From assembly GCA_016860985.1 (NCBI GenBank), contig BOKM01000001.1, positions 920,040 to 984,039 of the forward strand: a DNA stretch of 64,000 bases. The letters are read 5' to 3'. Positions 39,016 through 47,848 of this stretch are shown here, in pieces. The translations under genes and the position numbers were made by a program. The notes beneath the pieces were generated by a model, which searched no databases, was not told the origin of the DNA, and saw nothing but the letters and a program-made list of their open reading frames with translations. The first letter of the stretch is position 1, and each line of letters begins with the position of its first letter. The DNA comes from Patescibacteria group bacterium. GTDB taxonomy: Bacteria; Patescibacteriota; Dojkabacteria; GCA-002793355.

Positions 39016-40633
39016 ACAAACGATTATACAAAATTAAACTCCCACTTGCTAAAGCAGTCACTCCCAGAACTACTATAAATATATACGCAAGGACTTCGAT
39101 TATTGCCAAAATCGTAATGGTAATGGGGCGAAAAGGAACAGCTATGGTTTTCTGATTAAGTGTAAAAATTAGTGCTGTTTCTTGATTACTGGTTTGAATC
39201 GAATTCCGAGTTGTAAGTGGAATAATGACCGAGGATTTTGGGGATACAAATCGGCTTGGTTGCTCCTGCAAGGTAAAGTAGGTATTGTCGTTTAATGAAA
39301 TTGGTGGAATCTTTAAAAACGAATCTGTGGTGTTCGTAATTTGCAAATAAAAGTGTCTGTTTTCTTGCACAATTGAAAGTGTCGGTGTTTGCTCTGTATC
39401 GACTCCAGGGCTTAATAGAATCTCGCTTGAAAGAAGCGATGTATCTATTGTACTTAATTGGTCTGCTGCTTGTTTACATAGTTCGTCTGTGGAGCAGGAT
39501 TTTAGAGGCACAGTCAGGTAACCAAGCGCATCTGCATAAACATACGGAACACCTTGGGTGGTAATATCTTTTACGTATGAAGTTTTTCCATCTATTGCTA
39601 CCCGCCACATGGCTGGAATTAGCTGGTTTGAAAGTGGTGAAATAACAAAACCTGCTCGAAAATCACCATTTTTAGCTGAAGCAAGCGCAGATGCATCGTA
39701 TCGAGTTCGCGCACAAGAAACATTAATGGTTTTGGAAAAATTGAGTGTTACTGCATTCGCATTTTTTGCGCTTTGAATAATCGTCTCTTGTGGGGAGGTG
39801 AGCTCTTTCATGTCACTACAGCCTATGCAACTTACGGGGAGATATTCTTCGCAATTTTTTTCAATCCCAAGCTGTGGCGCTAGTACTTCTGCCGAATGTG
39901 TTACGGACATTGAGAAGGGCTTGTCAGATATAGCAAAAAGAAATAGTTTTCCTGTTTCTTCGGTTACAGTATAGATATGCTTTTTTTTGAGAGATTCTGC
40001 AACGTGCGGGGCATAAATGAGTGCGACTTTCTCATCAACTGTTACTGTTATTCGTAAGGATCTTCCCTCTTCAGAAAAAGTAAACGGAAAGGTTAAAGTT
40101 CTCAATCCCCCAAGGTCACGATAGGGTTTGTCTAATTCAGCTGAGAATGTAAATGTAATCTTTCCATTTTTGCCAATTACGACTGGCTTTGTGTACTGTG
40201 ATTTAAACGTAAACAGAATTGAATTGTTTTGGCTATACATGTCAACCAAAAAGGCTTTTGGATGAATGTACCCTATTTTTGTATCTTTGAGTGTGAAATA
40301 TGGGAGATTCATTCCATATTCAGTCAATGAAAGGTCTTTACCTGAGGTATTGGTAAGCTCAATGATTCCTTCCACTGTTATGGAGTAATCATCGTTAACG
40401 TAAAACTGGAGCGAGATATCTTCTTGAAATGTCTTTTTTGCGGGTGCAGACTGCGCGGAAACTGGAGGGAGTCTAGAACCGATTAAAGCTGCTATTTGCT
40501 CCGTCGAGTATATCCTTCCAACACTCAATATTGTTATTGCAAGAAACAGTAACAACAGGAAGTTGAGAAATAAGTGAGAGCGTTGGTACCATTTGAAAGT
40601 GTGTGGCATAGGTTTCTGGGTCAACTGTAGCAT
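39002..40633 (-). CDS. Hypothetical bitopic membrane protein (543 aa) with N- and C-terminal TM helices and a large extracytoplasmic domain
   Basis: The N-terminal TM is LFLNFLLLLFLAITILSVG and the C-terminal TM is ITILAIIEVLAYIFIVVLGVTALASGSLIL. The 5' end overlaps the upstream ORF by 161 bp, so the start is uncertain. Confidence 0.55.
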   Translation of the reverse strand: MLQLTQKPMPHTFKWYQRSHLFLNFLLLLFLAITILSVGRIYSTEQIAALIGSRLPPVSAQSAPAKKTFQEDISLQFYVNDDYSITVEGIIELTNTSGKDLSLTEYGMNLPYFTLKDTKIGYIHPKAFLVDMYSQNNSILFTFKSQYTKPVVIGKNGKITFTFSAELDKPYRDLGGLRTLTFPFTFSEEGRSLRITVTVDEKVALIYAPHVAESLKKKHIYTVTEETGKLFLFAISDKPFSMSVTHSAEVLAPQLGIEKNCEEYLPVSCIGCSDMKELTSPQETIIQSAKNANAVTLNFSKTINVSCARTRYDASALASAKNGDFRAGFVISPLSNQLIPAMWRVAIDGKTSYVKDITTQGVPYVYADALGYLTVPLKSCSTDELCKQAADQLSTIDTSLLSSEILLSPGVDTEQTPTLSIVQENRHFYLQITNTTDSFLKIPPISLNDNTYFTLQEQPSRFVSPKSSVIIPLTTRNSIQTSNQETALIFTLNQKTIAVPFRPITITILAIIEVLAYIFIVVLGVTALASGSLILYNRLYEKK

Positions 40634-41243
40634 ATTTCACGAGGTTTTTGTATTGTGAATTTTTCACAATCTCCGGTACTCCGTTTCTCTCAATCACGTA
40701 AACACCAGTTCCCTTGTAGTCGCAGTTGCAGTTGTGAAGCTGTTGGTCCCCTTGGTATAACTCTATGGTTGCGAGCGTTTCTTTTCCAGTATTAATTAGT
40801 GTGTAATGCCAGTTCGGAGGAATAACGGTTTTTGTCTCAGGAGTAAGTTCTACAACATAGGTTGTCGCTTCATCAAGCAGTGATTGGGTATCCTGCTGGA
40901 GTAAAAGCAATCCTTTTCCTTCGAGCACTTCGAGAAATCGCGGGTGGTCTTTTGAATAAATGGTCTTTGTTTTTGCGAATTCAATTCCGACAATATCGGC
41001 GTATAACGTGGTTACTTTTAATTTGAGATTGTGCGTAGTTAAAGGTCCTGGAAAACGCTCTTCAATCCAATGTGTTCGGTAAACAACTTTTTGATATACA
41101 GATGACGTGCTGAGGTAGTATTTACGTAGGTTTCGTGTAAGAAAAGAATTCGTTTTTGTTACCAAAAGCATTTGCTCGTCAACGGTAATTCCGTCTGGAG
41201 TAAGTGTTATTGGGAGTTTTTCTGTGAGATATGATGCGCTCAT
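40473..41243 (-). CDS. Cupin-type phosphoglucose isomerase (cPGI)-like protein with extended N- and C-termini and partly substituted metal ligands
   Basis: The core is collinear with Pyrococcus cPGI: TTLYADIVGIEFAKTKTIYSKDHPRFLEVLEGKGLLLLQ aligns with TTVLYPGKVGKEFFFTKGHFHAKLDRAEVYVALKGKGGMLLQ, PPNWHYTLINTG with PPYWAHRTVNIG, and ERNGVPEIVKN with EENGEVKVVDN. Only part of the His/His/Glu/His ligand set is retained. The final roughly 50 codons overlap the next gene. Confidence 0.45.
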   Translation of the reverse strand: MSASYLTEKLPITLTPDGITVDEQMLLVTKTNSFLTRNLRKYYLSTSSVYQKVVYRTHWIEERFPGPLTTHNLKLKVTTLYADIVGIEFAKTKTIYSKDHPRFLEVLEGKGLLLLQQDTQSLLDEATTYVVELTPETKTVIPPNWHYTLINTGKETLATIELYQGDQQLHNCNCDYKGTGVYVIERNGVPEIVKNSQYKNLVKYATVDPETYATHFQMVPTLSLISQLPVVTVSCNNNIECWKDILDGANSSFNRF

Positions 41244-41245
41244 AT

Positions 41246-41608
41246 TTATGAATAGGCTTTAATAATCTCGTATACGGCATACGAAATTACAGATAAAATA
41301 AATAATACGAGCAGTGTTGTTAATTCGATGGTAAATCCCCAAAATACAACAGAGTCTGTAACAATTCCTAGAAATGGACGGAGTATCTTGTCGGTGGTGT
41401 TATACAACCATGCAATAATTCCTACCTGATTGCCAATGTTGATGAGTTTAAGAATAAACCGAAGCGAAAGTAGTGTTTCAATGATAACAAGAATCGTGTA
41501 AACAATCTGAGCGAGGAACCTGAATAACATATTCGTATTATACAGTATTTCGGTGTTTTTAGCTAGTGTTAGCCCTCGAAAACCCTCAAGATTTCGGCCT
41601 GAACGCAA
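41246..41608 (-). CDS. YggT-family small membrane protein
   Basis: Two TM pairs are present, and LLSLRFILKLIN....ILRPF.GIVTD matches the YggT signature. Confidence 0.6.
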   Translation of the reverse strand: MRSGRNLEGFRGLTLAKNTEILYNTNMLFRFLAQIVYTILVIIETLLSLRFILKLINIGNQVGIIAWLYNTTDKILRPFLGIVTDSVVFWGFTIELTTLLVLFILSVISYAVYEIIKAYS

Positions 41609-41622
41609 TGCTTTAGCGCTAC

Positions 41623-42588
41623 CTATGCTTCTTCTTCTATCTGTTTGTGGTAAATTCGATTCTTCATGAATTTGTGGTACTCACCAAACCCTGATTCGTC
41701 TGGCTTACCTTCGTCGAACTCCTTTTGGAATTGCCGTGTCACGCTTGATGCAAGGTCAGACATTGACACAATGATTGCTTCTAATGTTGCAGGCCTCACA
41801 ACTGCGCCAAATTCTGGTTCTCTGTGATGTGAAAGGATAATGTGTTCGAGTGCAAGCTTCTTTTCTTCTGAGAACGTAGGTGGAAGAAAACGCTGCAGAA
41901 GTTGGATACCGATTGTAATATGTCCAATTAAATACCCCGAAAGTGTACGGATGAAGTTTGTTTGATCTAATCCAAGCTCATCGATCTTGCCAATATCGTG
42001 CAAGAAGATACCAGCGATAACAATGCTTCTGTTCCCTCTTGGGTAGAGCTTTAACATTGTTTCTGCAATTTCCATCATTTCAAGCGTGTGTTCGAGTAAT
42101 CCTCCGATGTAATCGTGATGTACTTTTTCTGCTGCGATTGCATATTTAAACTTCTTTCCAATTTCTGGGTCGTTAATGATAGAAAGAACTAAGCCACGAA
42201 TTTCTGCGTCCTTTAATGATGACAGTTTCTCTAGTAACTGGTCGAACATTGAGTCAACGTCTTTGTTGGTCATTTTGAGGAGGTCGTTCATGTCGTAATC
42301 GGTAGTCTTTTCTGCCTTTTTGATGGTGAGTTGTCGTTCTCCGTTATATTCAGAGGCTTCGAAATCAATCGAAATCACATCGCTTGAGTTCAGTTCCTCT
42401 GCGTGTGTTGCTGCAATCGAATCTCGCCAAATTTTTGCTGAAATGCTCCCTGTTTTGTCCTGTAACACAACTCTGAAATAGGGGTCTCCATTTTTTGCCT
42501 TGTGCTTTTGAATCTCTTTTATTGAGAATACTTGGTCGAATCCTACATCACTAGGTTTGATATTTTCTACATAATACGTTTTTGCCAT
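41623..42588 (-). CDS. yhaM: 3'-5' exoribonuclease YhaM-like (N-terminal OB fold plus HD phosphohydrolase domain)
   Basis: The N-terminal OB fold (FRVVLQDKTGSISAKIW) is followed by HD motifs HTLEMMEIA, FLHDIGK and ILSHH. Confidence 0.7.
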   Translation of the reverse strand: MAKTYYVENIKPSDVGFDQVFSIKEIQKHKAKNGDPYFRVVLQDKTGSISAKIWRDSIAATHAEELNSSDVISIDFEASEYNGERQLTIKKAEKTTDYDMNDLLKMTNKDVDSMFDQLLEKLSSLKDAEIRGLVLSIINDPEIGKKFKYAIAAEKVHHDYIGGLLEHTLEMMEIAETMLKLYPRGNRSIVIAGIFLHDIGKIDELGLDQTNFIRTLSGYLIGHITIGIQLLQRFLPPTFSEEKKLALEHIILSHHREPEFGAVVRPATLEAIIVSMSDLASSVTRQFQKEFDEGKPDESGFGEYHKFMKNRIYHKQIEEEA

Positions 42589-42627
42589 ATGCGATTATAA
42601 CGTAAAGAAAATGAATTGGATATAAAC

Positions 42628-43005
42628 TTACTTTTTTCCATCAATCTTTTCTTTGCAGGCAACGATTATTTCTGTAATAAGTTCAAACGGAAGAGGTTTG
42701 TCGAGTTCCATCTGAATAGTGCCTTTCGAAGTTTTATAGCCACGAAATTTTTCTTTGAAGTCTTCCATTATTGCAGCTCCAGGATAAAGGCCAATGTGAT
42801 GTGCGTATCCAGCAATATGCAGCATATGTTTACCTTTATAGTCAAAGGTTGGGATACCATAACTAAAGGTTTCAGTTAGGTTTGGCACGAGTTTATTTGC
42901 CAGCTCTCTAATTTGCATAAGCTTTTGCTGAGCAGCTTCTGGCAAGGTTAAGAAGTATGCTTCGAATGTAATGTTTTTCTGCATTAGTTGTATTCGGTAA
43001 ACCAA
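42628..43005 (-). CDS. DUF1801 (YdhG-like) domain protein
   Basis: Small protein containing ETFSYGIPTFDYKGKHMLHIAGYAHHIGLYP. Confidence 0.5.
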   Translation of the reverse strand: MVYRIQLMQKNITFEAYFLTLPEAAQQKLMQIRELANKLVPNLTETFSYGIPTFDYKGKHMLHIAGYAHHIGLYPGAAIMEDFKEKFRGYKTSKGTIQMELDKPLPFELITEIIVACKEKIDGKK

Positions 43006-43148
43006 AATTAATTGCGTTCAGCTCTTCTTCCTAAGACATAACAAAATAGTGCAACGATTAGGTGGTTATTTCCTGCGTACTCTTGCTGTATTTCTGTTTC
43101 CATCATTTTCTGTATTTCAGTATATCAAATTGTGAGTTATGATGGAGT

Positions 43149-43496
43149 ATGACAAAACATAATGTGGCATTGATACTTCTTTTTCTTTTGTTATTGGGAG
43201 CAGTATTTTTATTGACGCAAAAGCCATTACTTTTGGCGGGCATTATTCTTCTTGCGCAGATAGCCAAATACAAAATTGCTCCGATTGAGCGTGAATGGAC
43301 TTGGTTCTTTGGAGTTGCAGTGCTTAGCGCTGTTATCGAGATTGGATTGGTAAATATAACCAGTTCCTGGACGTACAGTGCTCCTCAATTCTATGGTATA
43401 CCCTATTGGCCGCCTGTCTTTTGGGCATTTTTGGCGTGCTTCGCAATTGGATTTTATAAGAAAAACTATGCCCTTTCTGGTACTATAAAGAAATAA
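43149..43496 (+). CDS. Hypothetical small membrane protein (3-4 TM)
   Basis: Hydrophobic segments are present. The stop lies 17 bp upstream of the CaCA gene start. Confidence 0.45.
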   Translation: MTKHNVALILLFLLLLGAVFLLTQKPLLLAGIILLAQIAKYKIAPIEREWTWFFGVAVLSAVIEIGLVNITSSWTYSAPQFYGIPYWPPVFWAFLACFAIGFYKKNYALSGTIKK

Positions 43497-43512
43497 AATT
43501 GAAATCTCGCCT

Positions 43513-44463
43513 GTGATTGTGTCTGTCAGCTTACTGCTACTCGGTATTATTGGTGTATGGATTGGCTCTGGTTTTGCGATAAATAATGTATCAAGACTCG
43601 CCCTCCGAGCCCGTGTTCCCTCCTTCTTCATGTCGTTTCTTCTCCTTGGATTTCTGACTTCTTTTTCTGAGATTTTTGTCGGAGTAAGTGCATTAATCGA
43701 TAATGTTCCTGATGTTTTTGTGGGTAACTTGCTTGGAAGTTCCGTCGTGGTATTTTTCTTGGTCATTCCACTTTTTGCCTTACTATGTAATGGGATTACG
43801 CTGAACCATACATTTAGCTTTAGTCATTTGGTCCTCTCGAGTATTGTTGTTCTCCTTCCGGCATTGCTTACATTGGATAATGTGATTACTCCATTGGACG
43901 GCCTCATTCTCGTCGTGGTATACGCTTTTCTTCTTGTTGTGCAAGGAAAAGATTCTATAAGACATCTGGAGATGCTGACCTCAGGCAGAAAAGTAAGGAA
44001 TATGTTGTCACTGTTGTTGAAAACCATTGGCTCGGTGGCAATCATTTTTGTCGGCGCAAACCTCGTTATAGATCAAGTATTGTATCTGGGGAGTGTCTTA
44101 AAAATACAACCATTTGTGCTCAGTTTCATCCTCATATCTATCGGAACAAATATTCCAGAATTATCAATTGCTATTCGATCGCTATTTGAAAAGAAAACAA
44201 CAATCGCCTTTGGTAATTATGTTGGTTCCGCTTCGTTTAATACTTTGGAGCTTGGATTACTTAGTATGATACATGGTCAAAAAATTCCAGCACTCGGTTC
44301 GAACTATGCGGTTATTCTCTTTGCTGTTGGGATGTTTCTATTTCTTATATTTAGTAGAAGCAAAAAATCGATTAGTAGAAAAGAATCCTTGGTACTGCTT
44401 CTTGTGTACGTCGGAATCATCCTTATGGAATTATTTCTAAAGGGAGGTTGGAACTTGTGGTGA
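43513..44463 (+). CDS. Na+/Ca2+ exchanger family (CaCA, YrbG-type) cation antiporter
   Basis: Two alpha-repeat motifs are present, GNLLGSSVVVFFLVIPLFAL and SIGTNIPELSIAI...GNYVGSASFNTL, with roughly 10 TM segments. Confidence 0.7.
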   Translation: MIVSVSLLLLGIIGVWIGSGFAINNVSRLALRARVPSFFMSFLLLGFLTSFSEIFVGVSALIDNVPDVFVGNLLGSSVVVFFLVIPLFALLCNGITLNHTFSFSHLVLSSIVVLLPALLTLDNVITPLDGLILVVVYAFLLVVQGKDSIRHLEMLTSGRKVRNMLSLLLKTIGSVAIIFVGANLVIDQVLYLGSVLKIQPFVLSFILISIGTNIPELSIAIRSLFEKKTTIAFGNYVGSASFNTLELGLLSMIHGQKIPALGSNYAVILFAVGMFLFLIFSRSKKSISRKESLVLLLVYVGIILMELFLKGGWNLW

Positions 44464-44465
44464 TA

Positions 44466-45137
44466 TCAGGTCCCAAGGTAAAACGAAATAAGAAGTTCGT
44501 TTACCTTGGGTAAAATTTCTGGTTGGTACTGAAATTTATGCTCCATCCCTTCAATCAATTTCCACTCTTTTGGCATTGTTGCTCTGTCGTACAGTTGACG
44601 TGTGGTTGCCCATGGTACATTTTTATCTTCTGCTCCGGCTATAAAGAGAATTGGACAGGTCACTTTTCCGATCACATTGAGCGCGTTATACTTACGTGCG
44701 TCTTCGATAAACGCAAAGGGTATTTGTAACGTTCCGTATTTTGAGGAGGTAAAGGCTCTGGTGCCGGTTTCTTTCCACTCTTTGTATTTACCTGCAAGGT
44801 CGTCTTCTGTTCCTGCCTGATACGGAGTAACTGTTAATGAGAGTTTTACTGGTGCAAATTCGGCTGCCAATATTGTTGCGATAATCCCACCCATCGAATT
44901 GCCGTGAAGTATGAAGGAGGTTTTATTATGTTGTAATTCGGTAAGAAGCTTTCGTGCAGCAAGCAGGGTTTCGGTAAAGGAATACTGGTCTAAATCATTT
45001 GGATAATGTGGCCACGCAAGAATCATTACGGGAAAGCCTTCTTGTTCAAGTCGGATTTTTAACTCGACAAAAGTTTTTGTTTCAGGATATTCACCAAAAC
45101 CAGGAATTAGTATGATAGTTGGCTTTGAGGTATTCAT
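44466..45137 (-). CDS. Alpha/beta-hydrolase fold protein
   Basis: The nucleophile elbow is ILHGNSMGGIIATILAA (GxSxG). The length of about 223 aa fits a small esterase or thioesterase. Confidence 0.6.
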   Translation of the reverse strand: MNTSKPTIILIPGFGEYPETKTFVELKIRLEQEGFPVMILAWPHYPNDLDQYSFTETLLAARKLLTELQHNKTSFILHGNSMGGIIATILAAEFAPVKLSLTVTPYQAGTEDDLAGKYKEWKETGTRAFTSSKYGTLQIPFAFIEDARKYNALNVIGKVTCPILFIAGAEDKNVPWATTRQLYDRATMPKEWKLIEGMEHKFQYQPEILPKVNELLISFYLGT

Positions 45138-45154
45138 AGCTGAAGTATAACACG

Positions 45155-45703
45155 CTAGCGGTTCATCGCTTTGTCTAGTGCGAGAATCCCTATACCGTTA
45201 AGCTCAAAAACGCTCTTCCCTATTAGTCGTCCTAAAGAATATTCACTTACGTTATAACCTTTTTGGTCATCGAGAAAATCGACACGAAACATTTCGTCTT
45301 CTCTCTTCCCGACTACACCTATATGAAGTCCTTTTCCAGGTTTACAAACGAGTGCGACGCTGTCAAAAACTCCAGAAGCAATCATTACAAGCCCCATTGC
45401 TGTTGCAGAGAGACGACAATCAGTCTCTCCAGCTTCCATTTCAAAGATAAGTTGATCGCTTAATGAATGATCGTGTGAACGTACTGGAAAGTTTCTACTT
45501 ATAATTTCAGCGGTATTTTCTAAGAATCCTTTGGTGGTTGTGGATTGTTTAATTACGTCGCTGACGCCTAGGTCCATAAGGCATTTTTGTGCAAGTAAAA
45601 GTAGTGATGCTTCTACTCTTCTTTGTTTCTCACCATCCCCATTAAGACTCACTCTATTAAACATAAAGCGAATTATACCATTTTTGGGCATTTTGGTCGA
45701 CAA
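45155..45703 (-). CDS. Hypothetical protein (182 aa)
   Basis: Clean ORF with no family recognised. It sits divergent to the 45748 gene. Confidence 0.45.
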   Translation of the reverse strand: MSTKMPKNGIIRFMFNRVSLNGDGEKQRRVEASLLLLAQKCLMDLGVSDVIKQSTTTKGFLENTAEIISRNFPVRSHDHSLSDQLIFEMEAGETDCRLSATAMGLVMIASGVFDSVALVCKPGKGLHIGVVGKREDEMFRVDFLDDQKGYNVSEYSLGRLIGKSVFELNGIGILALDKAMNR

Positions 45704-45747
45704 AAAGGGGCTTTCCCACTTATCCCAAAGAGGTTATAATCTACGAC

Positions 45748-46497
45748 ATGGCAGAATCGCTACAGTACCTAAAACCCATTTACATCAATAATGATTCACA
45801 ATCACTTGTGCTTTTTCTAAGCGGAGATGGAATGACTAACGACTTTGAAGGAATTTCCAAAAGGCTTAACGAAGAAAATAGTGCACATGACTATCTTTCC
45901 TTTACTTATCGTGGTTCGGAGGAAGATATTATTCAGTCGCTGCCTACTATCATTGAAGATTCCGATACTATCGCAAAGCAATTCTTTACAAAATACAAAG
46001 AGGTTCATTTAGTGTGTACGAGTACAGGTGCTGTTCCCTCGATCTTTTTATTATGTAATCCAGAATGGAACGCGAAGATTCGGAAAGTTGTGTTCCTTGA
46101 CCCTGCAGATTATTATATGCCCACGAGCAACGACACTCAGTTAGTCGGAAACTACCCATGGGGAGGAGCCGCAGCATATTCTCCTACACACAAAACGGTG
46201 AGTAATATGTTACTTGAGTATAATGGAAGTGCTCTGATTCATGTGGCCGGCTTTACACTCCGAAACACCAACGGTGAGAGTTACTATCCTTCGGAAATGC
46301 GTCACCTTGATCATGAAGGAGGATTTCCCCGAATGAATCAGGAAATGGTTAAGGCGTTTTACGAAAAAATTCCGACACAAAACAAAGGGGAGTACTTGAC
46401 GCTGAATGATGTCCCTCATGCGTATGTGAGGGATGGGATGATTGAGAAGAATTTATCTGTTCTCACGGAATTGATAACTGAGCTTCTTGAAAGTTAA
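45748..46497 (+). CDS. Hypothetical protein, possibly a degenerate alpha/beta-hydrolase-like fold
   Basis: VHLVCTSTGAVPSIFLL resembles a nucleophile elbow with a non-canonical CTSTG in place of GxSxG. Confidence 0.4.
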   Translation: MAESLQYLKPIYINNDSQSLVLFLSGDGMTNDFEGISKRLNEENSAHDYLSFTYRGSEEDIIQSLPTIIEDSDTIAKQFFTKYKEVHLVCTSTGAVPSIFLLCNPEWNAKIRKVVFLDPADYYMPTSNDTQLVGNYPWGGAAAYSPTHKTVSNMLLEYNGSALIHVAGFTLRNTNGESYYPSEMRHLDHEGGFPRMNQEMVKAFYEKIPTQNKGEYLTLNDVPHAYVRDGMIEKNLSVLTELITELLES

Positions 46498-46898
46498 GCG
46501 ACTTCGATTTTTACGAGCTTTCCTCTCCTCTTTACGATATTTTTGTAATCCCATTGAATGTTTGCTGCCTTTGATAGCCATCGTTTGAGCAAGTGAGCAT
46601 CTATCTGCTCTACTGAAGTGTAAAAAATCGAGGCGTCCTTAAATTTTCCTGTGCCTGGCTCTAGTTGATTCTCTCCAAAGTCTGCTCCACTCCAAAACAT
46701 TAGCCTCAATCCAAGCTTTTGGCTGCTATACCCAACGATTGGATTTCCATCAAGAAACCATACGGGTGCACCGTGCCAGAGTTTAGAGGTCGCGTTTGTG
46801 AGTTCTGTATTAATAATTGCTTGGAGCTTCGCACTGATAGCTTGTTCTTGTGATGTTAAAGAGTTGTTGTATTCTTCGATTGTGGTTGGTTTTTGCAT
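46494..46898 (-). CDS. DUF1801 (YdhG-like) domain protein. The start is taken at M24 to avoid a 47-bp overlap; the track ORF extends to 46967.
   Basis: LWHGAPVWFLDGNPIVGYSSQKLGLRLMFWSGADF matches the DUF1801 core. This is a second copy of the family in the window. Confidence 0.45.
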   Translation of the reverse strand: MQKPTTIEEYNNSLTSQEQAISAKLQAIINTELTNATSKLWHGAPVWFLDGNPIVGYSSQKLGLRLMFWSGADFGENQLEPGTGKFKDASIFYTSVEQIDAHLLKRWLSKAANIQWDYKNIVKRRGKLVKIEVA

Positions 46899-46920
46899 AA
46901 GAGAAAGTTTAAACTTATAG

Positions 46921-47715
46921 TTACGCACCATCAAAAGTTGGTATAGCGGGTAAAATTTGATCGCCAAAGGGTAAATCCACTAGAAATCGTCTGACTTCGG
47001 AAAGGCACTTACCATGTTTGTCAGAAATTGAAGGAATACTTTGTTCATACAAGTTGCAGAAATCGGAAATAACAGCTCTAGCGGCATCTAACTTCTCTTC
47101 AACTCTGTACTCTAACCAAGAGATATGGCGACAAAACCAATAGACCGTAAGCGCAAGGGATTCGCTCCTATCATCAAGGTAGAAGTCAGTATCAATAAGA
47201 TAAAACTTATCTACTGAACTTTCTGAGGGATTGATATTTTTTTTGTGCCCGAAAACATATTGCGAAGGACCGCATATATCAGTCAAAAAAGGTTCTCTGT
47301 TGTGAAGTTTAGAGAGGTAATATTTTGCAATGTTCTCATAAAGTATTTTTATCTCTACCGAGTGCGACTTAATTTCTTCTTGGCTTCTATGCTGTAAATC
47401 TGTACCTTCAATCATATCTACGGTGGTAGCTATAAGTGTGTCGTTATTATCGATTCGAATTGTTCTGGTTGAGAATGGTGAGTCTATACCATGCTGTTCA
47501 CGAAGTTCATTGTAGAGTGTTGTACCTAGGTTTAATAATTCTTCTCCCGAGTACTGTTTTCCGAGTCTGTTTTTATATTGCTTTTCTAGTGATTGAATCG
47601 TAGTAATCCTTACCATATAAGCATTCCCAAGAATATCCTCGAATAGTTCGGAGTCCTGAACCTTTATAAGGTTAGAATGTGTATCGAAGATTGTTGTGGA
47701 TTTTGGTCTGAGCAT
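46921..47715 (-). CDS. Hypothetical protein (264 aa), weakly kinase-like
   Basis: GHKKNINPSE...KFYLIDTDF is loosely reminiscent of an APH/kinase catalytic-loop plus DFG arrangement. The resemblance is not convincing. Confidence 0.45.
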   Translation of the reverse strand: MLRPKSTTIFDTHSNLIKVQDSELFEDILGNAYMVRITTIQSLEKQYKNRLGKQYSGEELLNLGTTLYNELREQHGIDSPFSTRTIRIDNNDTLIATTVDMIEGTDLQHRSQEEIKSHSVEIKILYENIAKYYLSKLHNREPFLTDICGPSQYVFGHKKNINPSESSVDKFYLIDTDFYLDDRSESLALTVYWFCRHISWLEYRVEEKLDAARAVISDFCNLYEQSIPSISDKHGKCLSEVRRFLVDLPFGDQILPAIPTFDGA

Positions 47716-47848
47716 TCGTAATATTATTAAATAGGGTTAACTGCTGGAGTAGTGATAAGAGGTGCATCATTTTCTATTTTTTATTGTAGCAGTAAAAGGC
47801 AATGAGAAAAAAGACTTTCAGCATAACTACAGCATGTTAAAATTGTCT

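Noticed and set aside
43227-43766. 179-aa minus-strand ORF
   Set aside because: It lies entirely antisense to the well-supported CaCA antiporter and small membrane-protein genes, and its translation is basic and low-complexity. This is a shadow ORF. Others of the same kind are 36103..36360, 53768..54247, 57950..58450, 61425..61931, 25208..25522 and 9212..9562.
47762-47848. GTG-initiated N-terminal extension of panE
   Set aside because: The Rossmann GxGxxG begins 4 residues after the ATG at 47849, which is the canonical PanE N-terminus. The upstream 29 codons have no homology and begin with GTG.
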